From the NCBI GenBank assembly GCA_004022145.1, contig RCNU01000006.1: a DNA stretch of 64,000 bases, one strand, 5' to 3'. Shown in pieces: positions 13,942-27,085 of the stretch (position 1 is its first letter; every line of letters begins with the position of its first letter). Under the pieces are notes generated by a model. The model was given only the letters and a program-made list of their open reading frames with translations. It was not told the DNA's origin and ran no database searches. Source of the DNA: Paecilomyces variotii (taxonomy: Eukaryota). The translations under genes and the position numbers were made by a program.

Positions 13942-14832
13942 CTAACTTGATAAGAAGACCACGATGTCATGGAGTGTTTCTTCCGTTTTCTCTAACATTG
14001 GGATGTGACCGCAATTATCGTAGATGATCAACTTTGCATCTGAGATGCCCTCCTTCGTTCGGTATGCGTTTCCCAGCTCACATATGAGGTCCTGTCGGCC
14101 GAAGATGATCAACGTTTTTGCCTTTACATCCCCCAGTCTCGCTTTCATCAGCGGGGGATTTTCTTGCTTCATGTCGCTCACCCTTTGTGCACGATAACAG
14201 TAGGACGACTGGATCTGATCCACAAATATTGTCTCAAATTGCGGAAGATGCCGTTCCGGATCAACGAAGTACAGCGGCGGAACATGCCTTGAGAGCTGCA
14301 AGAAGTCCTCGTCCGTCTTGACGCTGTGTGACACGTACCACTCAAATGCATCTTTATATTGCTCATCGTCTTTGCATTGCAGTAGCAGTGAATGTTCGCG
14401 GAAGCCCACCAGACGATGGCTGATCAGAATGAGTTTCTTGACTCGGGATGGGTACTTCTCCGCATATCCGAGGACAATGGACCCGCCATTCGAGTGGCCA
14501 AGGAGTGCAGGAAAATAGTCCAGGCCGAGATGTATTCGAAGCACTTCAAGATCTTCAGACATATGGGTCATCGTGCCCATCTGGGTCTCGTCGGGGGGCG
14601 CGGTGGAACCACCAGTTCCCCGCGGGTGAGGAAAGAGAAGCATAAAGTGCTCCTCAAGAGGCGCCAGGCAGACTTGCAAGTACCGCGAGCCCGGACCCCA
14701 GCCAGGACATTGAACCACCAAAAGTGGCTTTGTCGCATCATTATCCCCGTGTATCAAATACTCTAGTGTCAAGCTATTTCTGGGGTTCGTGAAGGTGTGG
14801 CATCCTGCGGAGAGCGGAGAGTCGGGCGACAT
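13942..14832 (-). CDS. Alpha/beta hydrolase (proline-iminopeptidase-like), single exon
   Basis: 296-aa ORF with PGWGPG, PRGTGGS, GHSNGG nucleophile, IIFGRQD acid and CGHIP His motifs. Confidence 0.85.
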   Translation of the reverse strand: MSPDSPLSAGCHTFTNPRNSLTLEYLIHGDNDATKPLLVVQCPGWGPGSRYLQVCLAPLEEHFMLLFPHPRGTGGSTAPPDETQMGTMTHMSEDLEVLRIHLGLDYFPALLGHSNGGSIVLGYAEKYPSRVKKLILISHRLVGFREHSLLLQCKDDEQYKDAFEWYVSHSVKTDEDFLQLSRHVPPLYFVDPERHLPQFETIFVDQIQSSYCYRAQRVSDMKQENPPLMKARLGDVKAKTLIIFGRQDLICELGNAYRTKEGISDAKLIIYDNCGHIPMLEKTEETLHDIVVFLSS

Positions 14833-15317
14833 GAAGGCGAGTTTTCGAAGCCGAGAAACTGGGGTTATATCCCTTTAGAAAAACATTAGCAACTAACTAT
14901 TTAACTTGAGGATGACTACGAAGTCAGGCGAAATAATTAGATTCTACCTAAATATAGCTGAGCTTGTCTCCGAGGTCCCTGGTGGCCATTCCCAATTAGG
15001 AATCCGAACCAACTGACCTCAATATATAGCAGTAGCTGTGCTTGTCGAGTTTGCACTTGAACTCGAGAATATTGTATCTATCCTCTAAATACTGTTCATC
15101 AGGTCTCACTTGCTCCTAAATTCTATTTTCGTTATAGACCGCAGGATTGAATTGACGACTCCTTGTTCGCATCAGTCGTCCAATGACGTCAACCATGAGA
15201 ACACATCGCGAAACAAGAATCGAGTCCCAGGAGCTCGCATATCTGCTTTCTTCAGTGGACTTGAGAATGTCATCTATTTTTCTATACGCATTAATTTTCT
15301 CTTCCATGCATGCATAG

Positions 15318-16062
15318 ATGAATCGCATCGCGCTCGTCACCAGACATCTCCGCCGGCCGCTTCAACCATATCAGGTCATTCTATCTGCAACACGTCCATT
15401 CTCGACCTTCCCTGGATCCAATATGCCGACATATACCGGATCCTGTTACTGCCGCGCGATTGAGTATGAACTTGAGCTGGCCTCACCAGATGAGGCGCGC
15501 ACCTCTTTGTGTCATTGTCGGAACTGCAAGGTGAGAATGTCCTTGGCCTGCTCACCTGTTCCTCTAAGACAACTCAAAAAGAGGTGGGAATGGAGGGCTG
15601 ACCCATTATTTCTGCAGAAAGCTTTTGGGACCAATTATGGTTTGACGGCCAAAGTGCCCAAAGATGCGCTGCGATATACCAAAGGTAAAATAAAGGAGCA
15701 CGTGGCGGATAATGGGAGTGGTGCACTGCTGCATCGAGAGTTTTGCGACAACTGCGGAAGTTTTATCCTGGAATATGGTGTATGTGACCTCTGAAATATT
15801 GTGATACTGAAGCCATAGGCTGATGTACTGTGTTCTATAGGATGCGGTGAAGGACAAGTTCCGCTATATTTGTGTCGGCTCGCTGGACACTCCAGAGGCA
15901 CTACCGCCCAAAGGCGAATTCTTCTGCAAGTCTCGGGTTAGCTGGATGCCTGAGATTCCCAGTAGGTGGCCTTTTGCTTATCCTTAGCCCCTTCGCTGGA
16001 TTCTGGTGATGTTGGCTCTAACGTATCTAGATGTTTTCCACAAGCGGGAGATCAAGGAGTAA
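15318..16062 (+). CDS. GFA/Mss4-like (CENP-V) zinc-binding protein (4 exons)
   Basis: TYTGSCYCRAIEY, SLCHCRNCK|KAFG, REFCDNCGS and EFFCKSRVSWMP motifs, with GT..AG introns; TAA at 16060-16062. Confidence 0.9.
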
Positions 16063-16368
16063 ATAGTTTGCATGTACAAGGAATCCCCATGTATTATAAC
16101 AAAATATATGACAAACTAAATATTATGTTCAAAAGTAACTATCACAAGACTAGGCTCGCTTCTCGCGCCAAGGATGGGACGGTCAGCATGGTATTTCAGG
16201 AGACGCGTTATCACCCAAATTGATTCACATAACAACATAACTAAAAGAGCAACGAGCACGGCCAATATCTGCGTTGTTGATTAACCTATATTTACACATC
16301 CCATGATAATCTACAAGTAGTAATACATTCGAAACAGAACTATCAGAACATAGAGTAGCACTATCAGT

Positions 16369-16811
16369 TTACTCTTCAGGCTGACCCATGTTCTCCAGCT
16401 TCTCTCTAGCCCTCTCCTTTCCTTGGTCGGTTACATTAGGTCTGTGCGTTGCACTTTATATAATGTCAGTTATTCCTGTCTTCGATAGACCTGCCAGTGC
16501 ACCACTTACGCTTTATAGCCTGCGGCTACCCTAGTGGGGTCCACGTTCTGTCCGCGTTTATTGTACAGCTCCTGGCGAGGTTCATCCCCATGAAGCTCGT
16601 TGTCCAGGACGTCTTGAGCGTGCTGCTTCGCTTCTTTGGATACGCGGGGGTTCTTGAGAGTACTGATCATTGTCAGCTCGCCGAATGGGAAAGGGGACTT
16701 CTGCACGGAGTGTTATACGAGCAGAAGGATAACATACGCTTTGAAGCCGCGCATGGCGTTGACGCGGTCCTCGGTGGAAGCTCTGATACTAGGGTCGTCC
16801 TGAGATGCCAT
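16369..16811 (-). CDS. con-6: Conidiation-specific protein Con-6 family (two Con-6 repeats, 3 exons)
   Basis: Spliced product MASQDDPSIRASTEDRVNAMRGFKA|TLKNPRVSKEAKQHAQDVL...RVAAGYKA|ATHRPNVTDQGKERAREKLENMGQPEE*. It contains two G(F/Y)KAxxxxPxVxxxxKxxA repeats. Confidence 0.85.
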
Positions 16812-17618
16812 TTTCTAGATTAAACGTGTAAAGTTCTCTCGTGCTTTTTTTCGTACTGATAAATCAAAAGTAACAGTAAGTAAAAACTCTCAAATGCCTC
16901 GGCGAGGCGAGTTTGGTCAATTTATGCGAAACGTACAAGAAGAAACTACAACGGCCACCGATTTTGCCTGGATATCATTAGCGGATCTGGGTCCGTCACG
17001 AGCCCGTCATATTTAGCTCATTGTTGAATCAGAAAGCTAAAGCTCGATGTAATAAAGCCTGAAGGATGGCCAGTAAATGCACATGGATCTGGATTCATAG
17101 TGAACACGATCTGCATGCGGAGAACCTGTTGATCAACGAGCTTGTCTGGCTAGACCATGCAGTCCCCTTGACCATCAGGCCAGGCCGTAGTCGATGGAAG
17201 ATTATTGAGAGAATGAGGTGCTCATCTCATTCATGCCCTAGCATTGTTTCGTTGAATTTCGACACAACGCCATCTGGAGGCGATCGGTCCCCCGCAGCTT
17301 TCATTGGAAGGGAAAAGTTGGCGTTATGTGCCCCAGTGACGTCCGACTAACCTTATCGACCTCTGATATTGAGCACGCTATCCATCAATATCCATAGACG
17401 ACATGAATGCCCCAAAGATGGATGGTGCTGTTGATGTCAATGTTGCGTCGTGCCATGAATGGTCGAGATCCTGCAGGATAAATACATAGCTCCTGGCGGA
17501 TTTCTCAGGCCCCGGGATTTCAGAGATATCAAATCATTATAATATACAACATCACAATCATTAACACCATTCTGATAAATATCTGCCCTCGAAAGCCATC
17601 TCAAAAAGGCTGATCACC

Positions 17619-18051
17619 ATGTCAAACAGCGTCGAGAGGGAAGCCGAGGACAACTACGAGGCGGAGAATGACCCTTCTCCAGTCTCCGGAAGAGTCATTG
17701 ATGACTCCTACGCCTACTCTGAGACACAGCCCGAACTGAGGAACCAGGTTCCCATCCAAAGGGACGAGGACGACTTCGAGGACCCCGTCCAGCCTCCATA
17801 CGCCAACAGCAACGAGCAGCTGCGTAAGTATACCGAATGACTTAAATTACTGGAGACGCCATGCTGATATGTCTCAAGAGGACGATGAGAGGGAGGCTAT
17901 CGACCAGAACAACATCCTCGGTGGTGATCGATTGCGCCACGCCAAAGCTCGTTCCTCGACGGGTTACAACGAAGGACCGGATGAGAACGATCTGCCCGAA
18001 GACGTCGCCGGCGGCGATAATGGACGCTCTGCCACCCGTCGATTGTCGTAA
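17619..18051 (+). CDS. Small, very acidic hydrophilic protein (2 exons), conserved-fungal type, often labelled CHZ-like; divergent from con-6
   Basis: MSNSVEREAEDNYEAEND...NSNEQL, intron beginning gtaagt at about 17825, then ...DDEREAIDQNNILGGDRLRHAK...YNEGPDENDLP...*. Confidence 0.75.
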
Positions 18052-21000
18052 AGCCATGAATGTTTCGCGGGGGTCTTGAAATATACCAATGTCATGGATA
18101 ATGGAATGGAGTAACGCGGCTTGACTGGCACCTGTATCTAGTAAATACCTACCTCTGTACATTAATCTCAAAACTTCGATAGTGTTAACTGTATCATCAG
18201 AAACATCCTAGCATTCGTGTCTTCTGTTGCACAGCGACGGCTCGTAGGATGGTCCAGAGAGCCACATCTTAACTAGATCGTATTTCCAAAATAATAATAT
18301 AAGCTGAATCACCTCATTGTGATGTGAGAGGCGATTTCGACGTCGCTGCCATGTAATCTGACTAAGCTTTCCTCTTTCGGGCCGTCTGATTGGATAGAGA
18401 ACAATGATCATATACCGCCTTCCGAATATCCAATTCTGCCAGGCATAAATTGGCTGTGAAAATTCTCACCGCTTTCTCGCGAGGACAGCTCGCATTTGCG
18501 ATAACATTCAGGACCAGAGATCTTTTGGAACTGGCCAGTCCTCCATCATGAACTTTCCTCTCTCGTCTCTCCAATATTGCCAGCATTTCTCGGAGTGTTA
18601 TCGAAATCTGTCGAATGCCATCGGTTTTATTCTTATCCTCGGCGGTCCTAGACCAACAGCATCTTTGATGACACCGGCAGTAATTCCTTGAACTGCTCCA
18701 TTGAGGATTGTGTCAACTCGATTCAACGCTGGGTTATAACTATTGGGGAGAAGATATGAGCCCTGGTTGGCTCCCACGACAATATGAAGGGCGTACTATC
18801 CGCATTAAAGTTCCAACTCACCCTGCATTGACGGTGCATTATTTGGACTAAAAATCCCTGTGATAGCTACAACTGGCCCGAGGATGACAGGAAATCTGGA
18901 AACAAGAGCGTTGCTCAGGAATACTGGCTCTCAGATGCCATTTATTTACTGCAAGTAGCTCATACCGAGATGGGCATTCGCATTCATGAGATGTCAAGAC
19001 TGGTGTCACACATTCCCCTGGAGTCAAGGCAAAGTAAGCAACAACGGAGGTGGGCCGGGCATACTCGAGATATACTGGATGCCGGACATTCGCCACGGAG
19101 GCACCTTCTAGACGCACGGGGTATATTGCGCATGGTTCTCCGCATATTCAACAAATCTCTGAAATGCGGGGGGTTATCTGGACCACAGAATCAGTGGTGA
19201 AAGAGTTGAAAACGATTCTTGACAACAAGATGACCCCGGTCTGGTGCAATGTTCGTCTTGTCGGACACACGTGGGTTGGGGATATCATCGAAGCTGAAGG
19301 CTTCCTGATAGGCCCAGACATTCCATAGATCGTCCTGGTAACTACCAAGGGGACCTTTTTCCGGACCGGTCGCGGAATGTCGGTCCAAAGCTCAGAAGGT
19401 TCCACTCGTTAACCCTGGTACGTAGATAATTATGGTTACGGCGGCATTGCCCGACATACGTACTTCCCACAAAGTGTCTTGACAATAATAACCGATCGCC
19501 TCCTTGATTTGAGATTTTTGGCTGCTAGGTCGAGTTGATTCCATGGGGAACATCTAGATCTCGTCGCATACTTCCAGATAGCTACAACCACAGGAGAATC
19601 GGTCACATGAGTTTCCCAGTGTTAACTGCGCCTTTGCATCGTCCAAGCGTCAATCTCTTTTCGGGGACATGGCTATTGGCAGCAAGAACCTGGGAAGAAC
19701 CGGGAGATGATAATAATATTAAAGCTATCTACCACCCAAAAAGGCTAGGGTCAGTGACAATTCTTGCCGACCCCGCTTCATAGCTGCGATGCCAGCTGTA
19801 TGTATGTACGACCAATGCTCTTGATCGTCATGATACACCACAGGTGACTTTACGCCTTGCCTATCTCGTTTGATCATTCACTGCAAGGTGTCATGCAACG
19901 CGGTATAGATAGAACACAATAATGGGCACACCGCATCTGCAGGACTTCAATGCTCTCAACCCTGTGTCCTGTGAAGGGAGAAAGGCATTAGTAACATATA
20001 CAGACAAAAACTGGGACGCAACATTATTAGTATCCAACGGTGCTGTCTGTCGCACAACTAACGGTTGGCGCCATGCAACACTAAGTGCGATGTACCAGAA
20101 AAGGCGCCGGTTTCCAAATATGATCCATCCCGACTGGTACTATTATCATTGCCAAAGCATCATCTGAAATGATGGGCAACTGTGCGCGATCCTGCTCGAA
20201 ACACTTCTTAACCGGCGAGAAAACATGCGGAAAGTTTTATCTTTGCGTTCAATCACGGTCGGCAACTTGAATTGGTTTCAATCGCATACGATTGTGAGAG
20301 TATACGGCTGTACAATTACTCAACAAACCAGGCGGAATGCCGATACCAGCGGGCATGCCGAGCCTGCCGTCCTTGCCGGATGACGCCGATCCCGATTGTC
20401 CAATGCAGGCCGAAAAATTCTTCTCGCTCAACTTCCGAGTCCAAGGACGAATGAGCAGTCGACCAACACCGTGCTCGCTGCTCAGAAACCGACCGGGCGA
20501 CGTGGACCGACCAGCTCGGCCCACTTGGTCGATTATTTTTTTGACCGGATGGGTCGAGTCGAGTCACTAGAGTATTCTCGAGCAGTAGATACTACTACTA
20601 CGGACTCGGAGGGACATAACGTCTTGACTTTTTAGAATCGCTCTTTCCAGGGTATACCATGCGAAACCTGGAGCCACTGCACATATGACTGTCAGCTTTA
20701 GCAACAGGAAAGAGGATCGCTAATCTGACAGTAGATAGCTGGAGTTCTGCGTGCGCTGTTCGAGGTCGGATCAAGATAGAGGCGATCTCGTCTGGCGCGG
20801 CAGATCGACTGCGAAGACCTCAACGCGCTGTCCAAGAGCGCCACTGCCGAAGCCACTGAGCAACAGCTCAGGGGCTTGACCTTGCTGTTGATACAACCTT
20901 AGATAATTTGTATCGTATGCACTTTCTCGAAAAGATTCACCGCAGGTGGGTCGGTTTCCCTTTCCCTATCGCTTGGTGGGCTGTTGTTTCATTATTATTC

Positions 21001-21871
21001 CACCGGTCAAGAGGCTTTCTTTTTCCCCTCGCCCATTCTTTACTGACATGCAACCCACCAGTTTCTCCGAAGATAAACCGGACAGTCGCCCTGTTTTACT
21101 ACACCTGTGTTCACAACCTCGCTTTGGATGAAATAGATACATATCTCCGCACATAAGGATGAGCATTTCGGGATACTGTCTAGGGCATCAATCATAGGCA
21201 GAGCAGATACCGGGCATCTATCTAAGATGCCCGGCTACCGTGGTCTGGGCGGATTCGGCAGCCGTAGATACACAGAGCACATAGTGCCAATTCGGCATCA
21301 GTACGGTCCATCCCTAAACCGTGTTCGGCACCTTACGCTGGAAACAGTTGGCATGCTATTATTGATCATCTGTTTGCCCTGCTTGCCCTAAGTCCCGGGC
21401 GCGGTTCCATGGTCATCAGCAGAACAAATCTCCACTACCGGGCCAGGAACCTACCCAGGGCCGTTTCCCGAAAGAGTATAACTCTTGTGTTTCTAGTAAA
21501 CCCCTTTGGCTATGCGATGCCGTCCCGCAGTTGTGCTCTGGCTTCCAGAAGCTGCCCCAGGGCAATTCCAGGGTGGCGCGACGAACATGTTGAACCTCTG
21601 ATTGATCGAGGAGATTGAATGCTCTCCATATGACCCCATGACAAGAAAATTCCTGCGTCCCTAGACCCCCGAACCCCGTTCCGCCCACGGAGTTACCCCA
21701 ATCTCTTGTGGACTGTGCTCAGTTCTGGACTGGGGAGCGAGCTCTTATATTGAGCTGCCTCCTCACTTCCTCATTCTCATTTTGCTCCTCGAACTGTCTC
21801 TATCGCGGTGACCGTCGAAGCATTCATTATACAGACGGGGTCCAGGGTCGCCGTACCACAACACCATCAGA

Positions 21872-23739
21872 ATGACGGTATCAGACTTCTTTAACAAGCT
21901 GAAGCCCCGTGCTGAGCCCGTCGAGCACGCGGAGCACACCTCCCCTTCGACTCCTTCAGGATCCGAAGCTGAGAAGAACACCACCTACGATGACAGTCCC
22001 GTGAAATATCTGACATGGCGATCTTTCATTCTGGGCGCCTGTGCATCCATGGGTGGATTCATCTTCGGTTACTCTACTGGTCAAATTTCAGGTTTTGAGA
22101 CCATGGGTGACTTCAAGCTCCGTTTCGCTCAGTATGACTCTGCCACGGATACCTATTATTTTAGCAACGTCCGTTCCGGACTGATTGTCGGCTTGGTGCG
22201 TCTGATGCAGCTTACCTGGTTTCCATCCGTTTGTACTGATGGGAGACAATCTAGCTTTCCATTGGTACCATGATTGGTGCTCTTTGCGCAGCTCCTCTGG
22301 CCGATCGTTTTGGCCGTAAGTTGTCCATTGCTCTTTGGTGTATCATCCATGTCGTCGGTATCATTGTTCAAATCGCGACCGAGAACAAATGGTACCAGGT
22401 TGCTGTTGGTCGTCTTGTCGCTGGTCTCGGTGTCGGTGCGCTCTCCAGTGTTGTTCCTATGTACCAATCTGAGTCTGCTCCTCGACAGGTCAGAGGTGCC
22501 ATGGTCAGGTGAGTACTCATTCTGGATCAGATTACATGTGTCAAGCCGCTAACATTCCAAAAGTGCGTTCCAGCTGTTCGTCGCCTTTGGAATCTTCATT
22601 TCAGCGTGCGTCAACTACGGCACTGAGACGATCCAGTCGACTGCCTCGTGGCGTATCACCATGGGGATCGGTTTCGCTTGGCCCCTTATCCTCGGTATTG
22701 GTATCATGTTCCTGCCCGAGTCTCCTCGTTATGCCTACCGCAACGGCCGCGTTGACGAGGCCCGCCGTATCATGACCAAGCTATACGGTGTCCCCGAGAA
22801 CCACCGTTTGGTGGCCGAGGAAATTCAGGATATGAAGGACAAGCTCGACGAGGAAAGAGCTGCAGGAACGGCAGCCTGGTACGAAATCTTCACTGGACCT
22901 CGCATGTTCTACCGAACGGTTCTTGGAATCGTGCTTCAGTCGCTGCAGCAGCTGTCTGGTGCTAACTTTATTTTCTACTATGGTAACACCATCTTCAACG
23001 TACGTGATCCTATCTTGTTATTATTGCTCTTCAATATCAGAGTGTGATCGCTGGACCCTAGTGTACAACTCGGATTGGGGTTTCATGATGCTAATATTTG
23101 AGGCAGGCTACGGGTCTGAGCAACAGCTATGAGACTCAGATCATCTTGACTGTTGTCAACTTCGGTGTCACTATCATTGGATTGTACATAGTCGAGCACT
23201 TCGGTCGCCGCAAGTCCCTCATTGGCGGAGCCTTGTGGATGTTTGTCTGTTTCATGATCTTCGCTACCGTCGGTCACTATAAGCTTGACCGTAACAACCC
23301 TCAGAACACTCCCCAGGCTGGTACCGTGCTGATTGTCTTTACCTGCTTCTTTATTGTCGGCTTCGCCACTACCTGGGGACCTATCGTGTGGGCTATTGTC
23401 GGAGAGCTGTACCCTGCTAGATACCGTGCTACCTGTATGGGTATTGCTACTGCCTCCAACTGGACCTGGAACTTCCTGATCTCGTTCTTCACGCCATTCA
23501 TCTCGAGCGCCATTGACTTCCAGTACGGTTATGTTTTCGCCTGCTGCTCATTCGCCGCTGCTCTGATCGTTTTCTTCTTCGTCTGTGAGACCCAGGGACG
23601 TACTCTGGAGGAGGTCGACACTATGTACGTGCAGCACGTCAAGCCCTGGAAGTCCAGCTCCTGGGTTGCTCCTGCGAACCTTCGCCGTACCCAGCAGGAG
23701 AGCGAAATCGAACAACAGAGCCAAGAGGCTGAAAAATAA
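21872..23739 (+). CDS. MFS sugar porter (hexose transporter, 4 exons)
   Basis: GGFIFGYSTGQISG, ADRFGRK, PMYQSESAP..RG, LPESPRY, LQQLSGANFIFYYG, VEHFGRRK, GELYP..YR and CETQGRTLEEVD sugar-porter signatures. Confidence 0.95.
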
Positions 23740-24473
23740 AGTGGAGTACCTGCCATTCACTGTGGATGCGCCAATAGAGTGCCCGGATGAGAGATACGGC
23801 CAGATAGCTCATGAGAGAGACGTACGAATCATTTGACGATATCGTGATACGTAACGATTGCATTTACATATCATGCGTACGGGTGTGTTGGTGTGCGGTT
23901 GGGAACGGGTAACGGTCGGGTCCATTGCATGGGAGGCTACTTCACCTCCCCTCAGTTTCTGCTTAATTCAGGGGGTTTTCTTGCATTGTATTATCATATA
24001 GACTTGCTTGTATATAGGAGATCATCCTCTACGTTCGGAGCGAAAAGATATCAGCCAGCAATTAATGCTATAGTTACATTTTGATCCTTTCACCTGACTG
24101 AGCTGTCCAAGAGATTTCTACTCAGGAAGCAAGGAGTACACAGTTTCTGAGCCAACTGAACTACCAGTATTTTGTAATAGGAATATCTTGGGTACGATGT
24201 CGATTACAAATGCAGACCCGTTTCGTGCGTTAGTGTTGGAACTGTCAGATCGATTTTTGACACACCCGGGGCCCATAACTTCCATATCACTCTCCTTAGA
24301 TTCCCTGTCACCACTCAATGTTACAGGTCCCTGGTCGGATGCATGACTGCCGTGAAATAGTAGTTGCTTGGACAGGAGCTCACTATGCATAAGCACAATG
24401 TGTGAGTGGATCGAGAAATGAGACGAGCATCTATCCGAAACGAAAAAAATAAATCAAATAGAAAAAGACAAAA

Positions 24474-24592
24474 ACATACAACAGCAGGGATTCGCTGGTG
24501 GTCACCCACCCAACTACTAACCTGCCGGCGTGTGGCTTAAGTACGGCTGAGCGGACGGGAAGCCCTGTTTTCCACACCCTATGGTCGTATGT
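24474..24592 (-). rRNA. 5S ribosomal RNA, dispersed copy, intact (119 nt)
   Basis: Reverse complement reads ACATACGACCATAGGGTGTGGAAAACAGGGCTTCCCGTCCGCTCAGCCGTACTTAAGCC...GTTAGTAGTTGGGTGGGTGACCACCAGCGAATCCCTGCTGTTGTATGT. The ends are complementary, and T-rich Pol III terminator tracts follow. Confidence 0.97.
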
Positions 24593-24919
24593 GGTTTATA
24601 CATACTCGTAGTGGAGTGATAATCGTTCTTTTACACTTTTAGGATATAGTCGTGGAGACCTGGTAACCACCGAGAACTACTGCTGAAGAGCATATAGTTC
24701 CTATTATACACATGCTCCCAAGTATAATATCTAGATCACCCGTGCCCTGAACAGAAACTTTTCATTAGCTGGTTTAGTGTTGCTTGGGCAGCGTTGCTGC
24801 TTAAACAGGTTACATGTCGTATACGAAACCACCGATTGTCAACAAACTAGAGCTCGATTATGTACTTAATATCTCATCGATATCTACTATTAACACCAGA
24901 GCCCTAAAAAGTTATCGGT

Positions 24920-27085
24920 CTACCACGAATATGCTTCCACTACCAGCTCAAACTCCGTCTTCCCCAGCTTCTCTTCCGACACAACAGCAGCTCGGACATC
25001 GTCGCAAAGTCCTCCTGGCCCAGACACGACAATGCCAACCTTTTCCCACCCGGCTTCTATCTCATCCTCTAGGAGCTGCTTAACATTCAGTCTGCTGCCG
25101 ATCCGAACGTCTCTGTCAGCAACGAAGCCACTCAGGAATCCTTCTAAGTCATCCACCAAGCATCTAGCGGATTCTTTGACACTCCATGCCTGCTTGACGT
25201 TCCAATGGTTATGGACAAAGGGAAGAACACTAGTAATGCCGATGCCGCCGCCGATGAGCAGCAGTCGGTCGCAACGGAGAACCTCCTGGGTTGAGTTGTT
25301 TGGATACGGTCCCTCTAAAAACGTGAGAAGGTTGTTACCTGCGCGCAGAGACCTAGTCATGCCGGTCAACTTCCGTATGTATAGTGTCAGACCGACGGTG
25401 GGATGTCTGTGATGCACCGCTGTCACGCCAGACTTCAGCACGTCGTGCTTTTCCACGTCAGGTTGCTCTTCGAGCCCATCCGTCAAAACCTGATCCTGAC
25501 TCTTCGAGGCCGTAAGCGCATGAGAGTGCTGCACCAAGGCTGTAGGCAATATCGAAAACGGATGGTTCTCCCACGGCCGGAGGGGATGGAGTCCGGGGAA
25601 GTAGACGTAGACATGCCTGCCGGGCTCAGAGCCCCAACGTATGCCGAGAATGTCGATGCGGACGTATTCTTCGTTGAGCACGGTGACTTTGGCTCGATGC
25701 GGACCGACGATGGCGATGCGTAAAACACGCCCTAAGCGGTCAAACATCCAGATTGCAGAGGTAGCTATGAGCCAGTCCTCATATCCGCCAAGGTATTTGT
25801 ATAAATCGTAGGCATGGTACCAGCAGCCGACAATGAGAACAACGGAGAGCACAATATGTTTGAGCAAGAAGAACTCGTCGCATAGCTACGCAGGTAGAGA
25901 CCGCTACCAAATGTGAGAAGCACGCAGCAGAGGGTGGCGACGATGCCCCAGATCCAGTACGGCGATTTCGCAGCCTCCCCATACGTCCCTTCAGCCTTGT
26001 ACAGTATCACAGCTATGATCGAGTGTAACAAGACCTGCAGTGTGAATATACGGGCAACCCAACGATGGAGCACGAGAAAGGTTGAATGCGACCAGTTCGA
26101 TGCCCAGAGCAGAATGTTGTTCCTTCCAGCAAAGAGCCAAATGAGAGGAGCGATTATATACGCAAAGGCCCCTGCTCGGTAGAGAACGTAGGCCATAATC
26201 TCGTGCCATGTGCTCGAGTACCACGCATTAGGCTGACGAGACTGGAAATTCACCGCTGTCAAGACAATGTTGAGAATAAGGAATATTAGAATATATAGCG
26301 TTTGGCCGACGGTAGGCGCATTTCCAAGAAGGCTTGGAAGCGGACGGACTTGATACGTGCCAATAAGGCTCGGCCAGACCAGATATGGCTTGAGCTTCCT
26401 GAAAATAGTGGATAGGAATGGCAAATATCCAGCCCATGTGAGGACAATGGGAGTTCCGAAACCAGTGACGAGTATTGCGATGCTACATTGGACAGGGCAA
26501 GTTAGAATTTGGGAACATCCCGTCGACTACATATGGAAAGTCTTACCCGTAAGCATTTTCCTGCGCCGTTTCGCGCTGTACGCTTGTCAAGACATTCCAT
26601 TGCTCTTCATAGACAAGAGGCGAGACTAGGGACGTATCATTGAGCCATGTGTCCTCAGGCGTGAGTTGGATCGTTGGCGGACTGGTGATGTTTGCGAGGG
26701 CCTCCGTGTATGACCATTTCGGGGGAACCCCAGTTTCGCCGGCGTCAGACTGGCCTGTGCTTTCAGTTTCCCAGAAATACTCGAGCTTGGAATTCTTCAC
26801 GTTGTATTCGGAACACTTGGTGTGCATGCACCACGCCAGACTGGTAAGGTAGGGTGTGTTTTCTGCCCAGCATGCGGAACTTGTCTTCATGGTCATCATT
26901 CCAACAGTATCGCCCGTGCTAGAGCAGGAGAGCCTCAGGCTATAGAGGGAGCACAGGCAGGACATGGCACAGAATGGGTCGTAGGGATTCGCAGGAAAGC
27001 CGTTGAGTGCGCTTTGGAACGGTGCGCCTGCAAGGACCGGCGGCACCAGTAGCCATGCGGACCAGAGGGGCAAGGTGATCTTCAT
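24920..27085 (-). pseudogene. Ferric/metalloreductase (FRE family) with an apparent 1-nt frameshift near 25878
   Basis: Signal peptide MKITLPLWSAWLLVPPVLA and Cys-rich N-domain. Heme/TM motifs AGRNN, LHRWVAR, LLHS and HIVLS; FAD motif HPFS; NADPH motif GGGIG; terminal VVSGP..L.DDVR..EAYSW. ORFs 25765-26424 and 24920-25867 overlap in different frames at 'tat gcg ac gag ttc ttc', with no room for an intron. Confidence 0.8.

Noticed and set aside
18200-19420. Possible degenerate gene on the minus strand (fragments such as NRVDTILNGAVQGITAGVIKDAVG and TLREMLAILERRERK)
   Set aside because: The fragments are in different frames with no recognisable domain, so a call cannot be supported without a homology search.
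24474-24592. 5S rRNA gene as a Starship insertion boundary for the accessory genes
   Set aside because: The 5S copy is complete and uninterrupted, no second partial 5S was seen, and no tyrosine-recombinase (DUF3435) captain is visible in the window.
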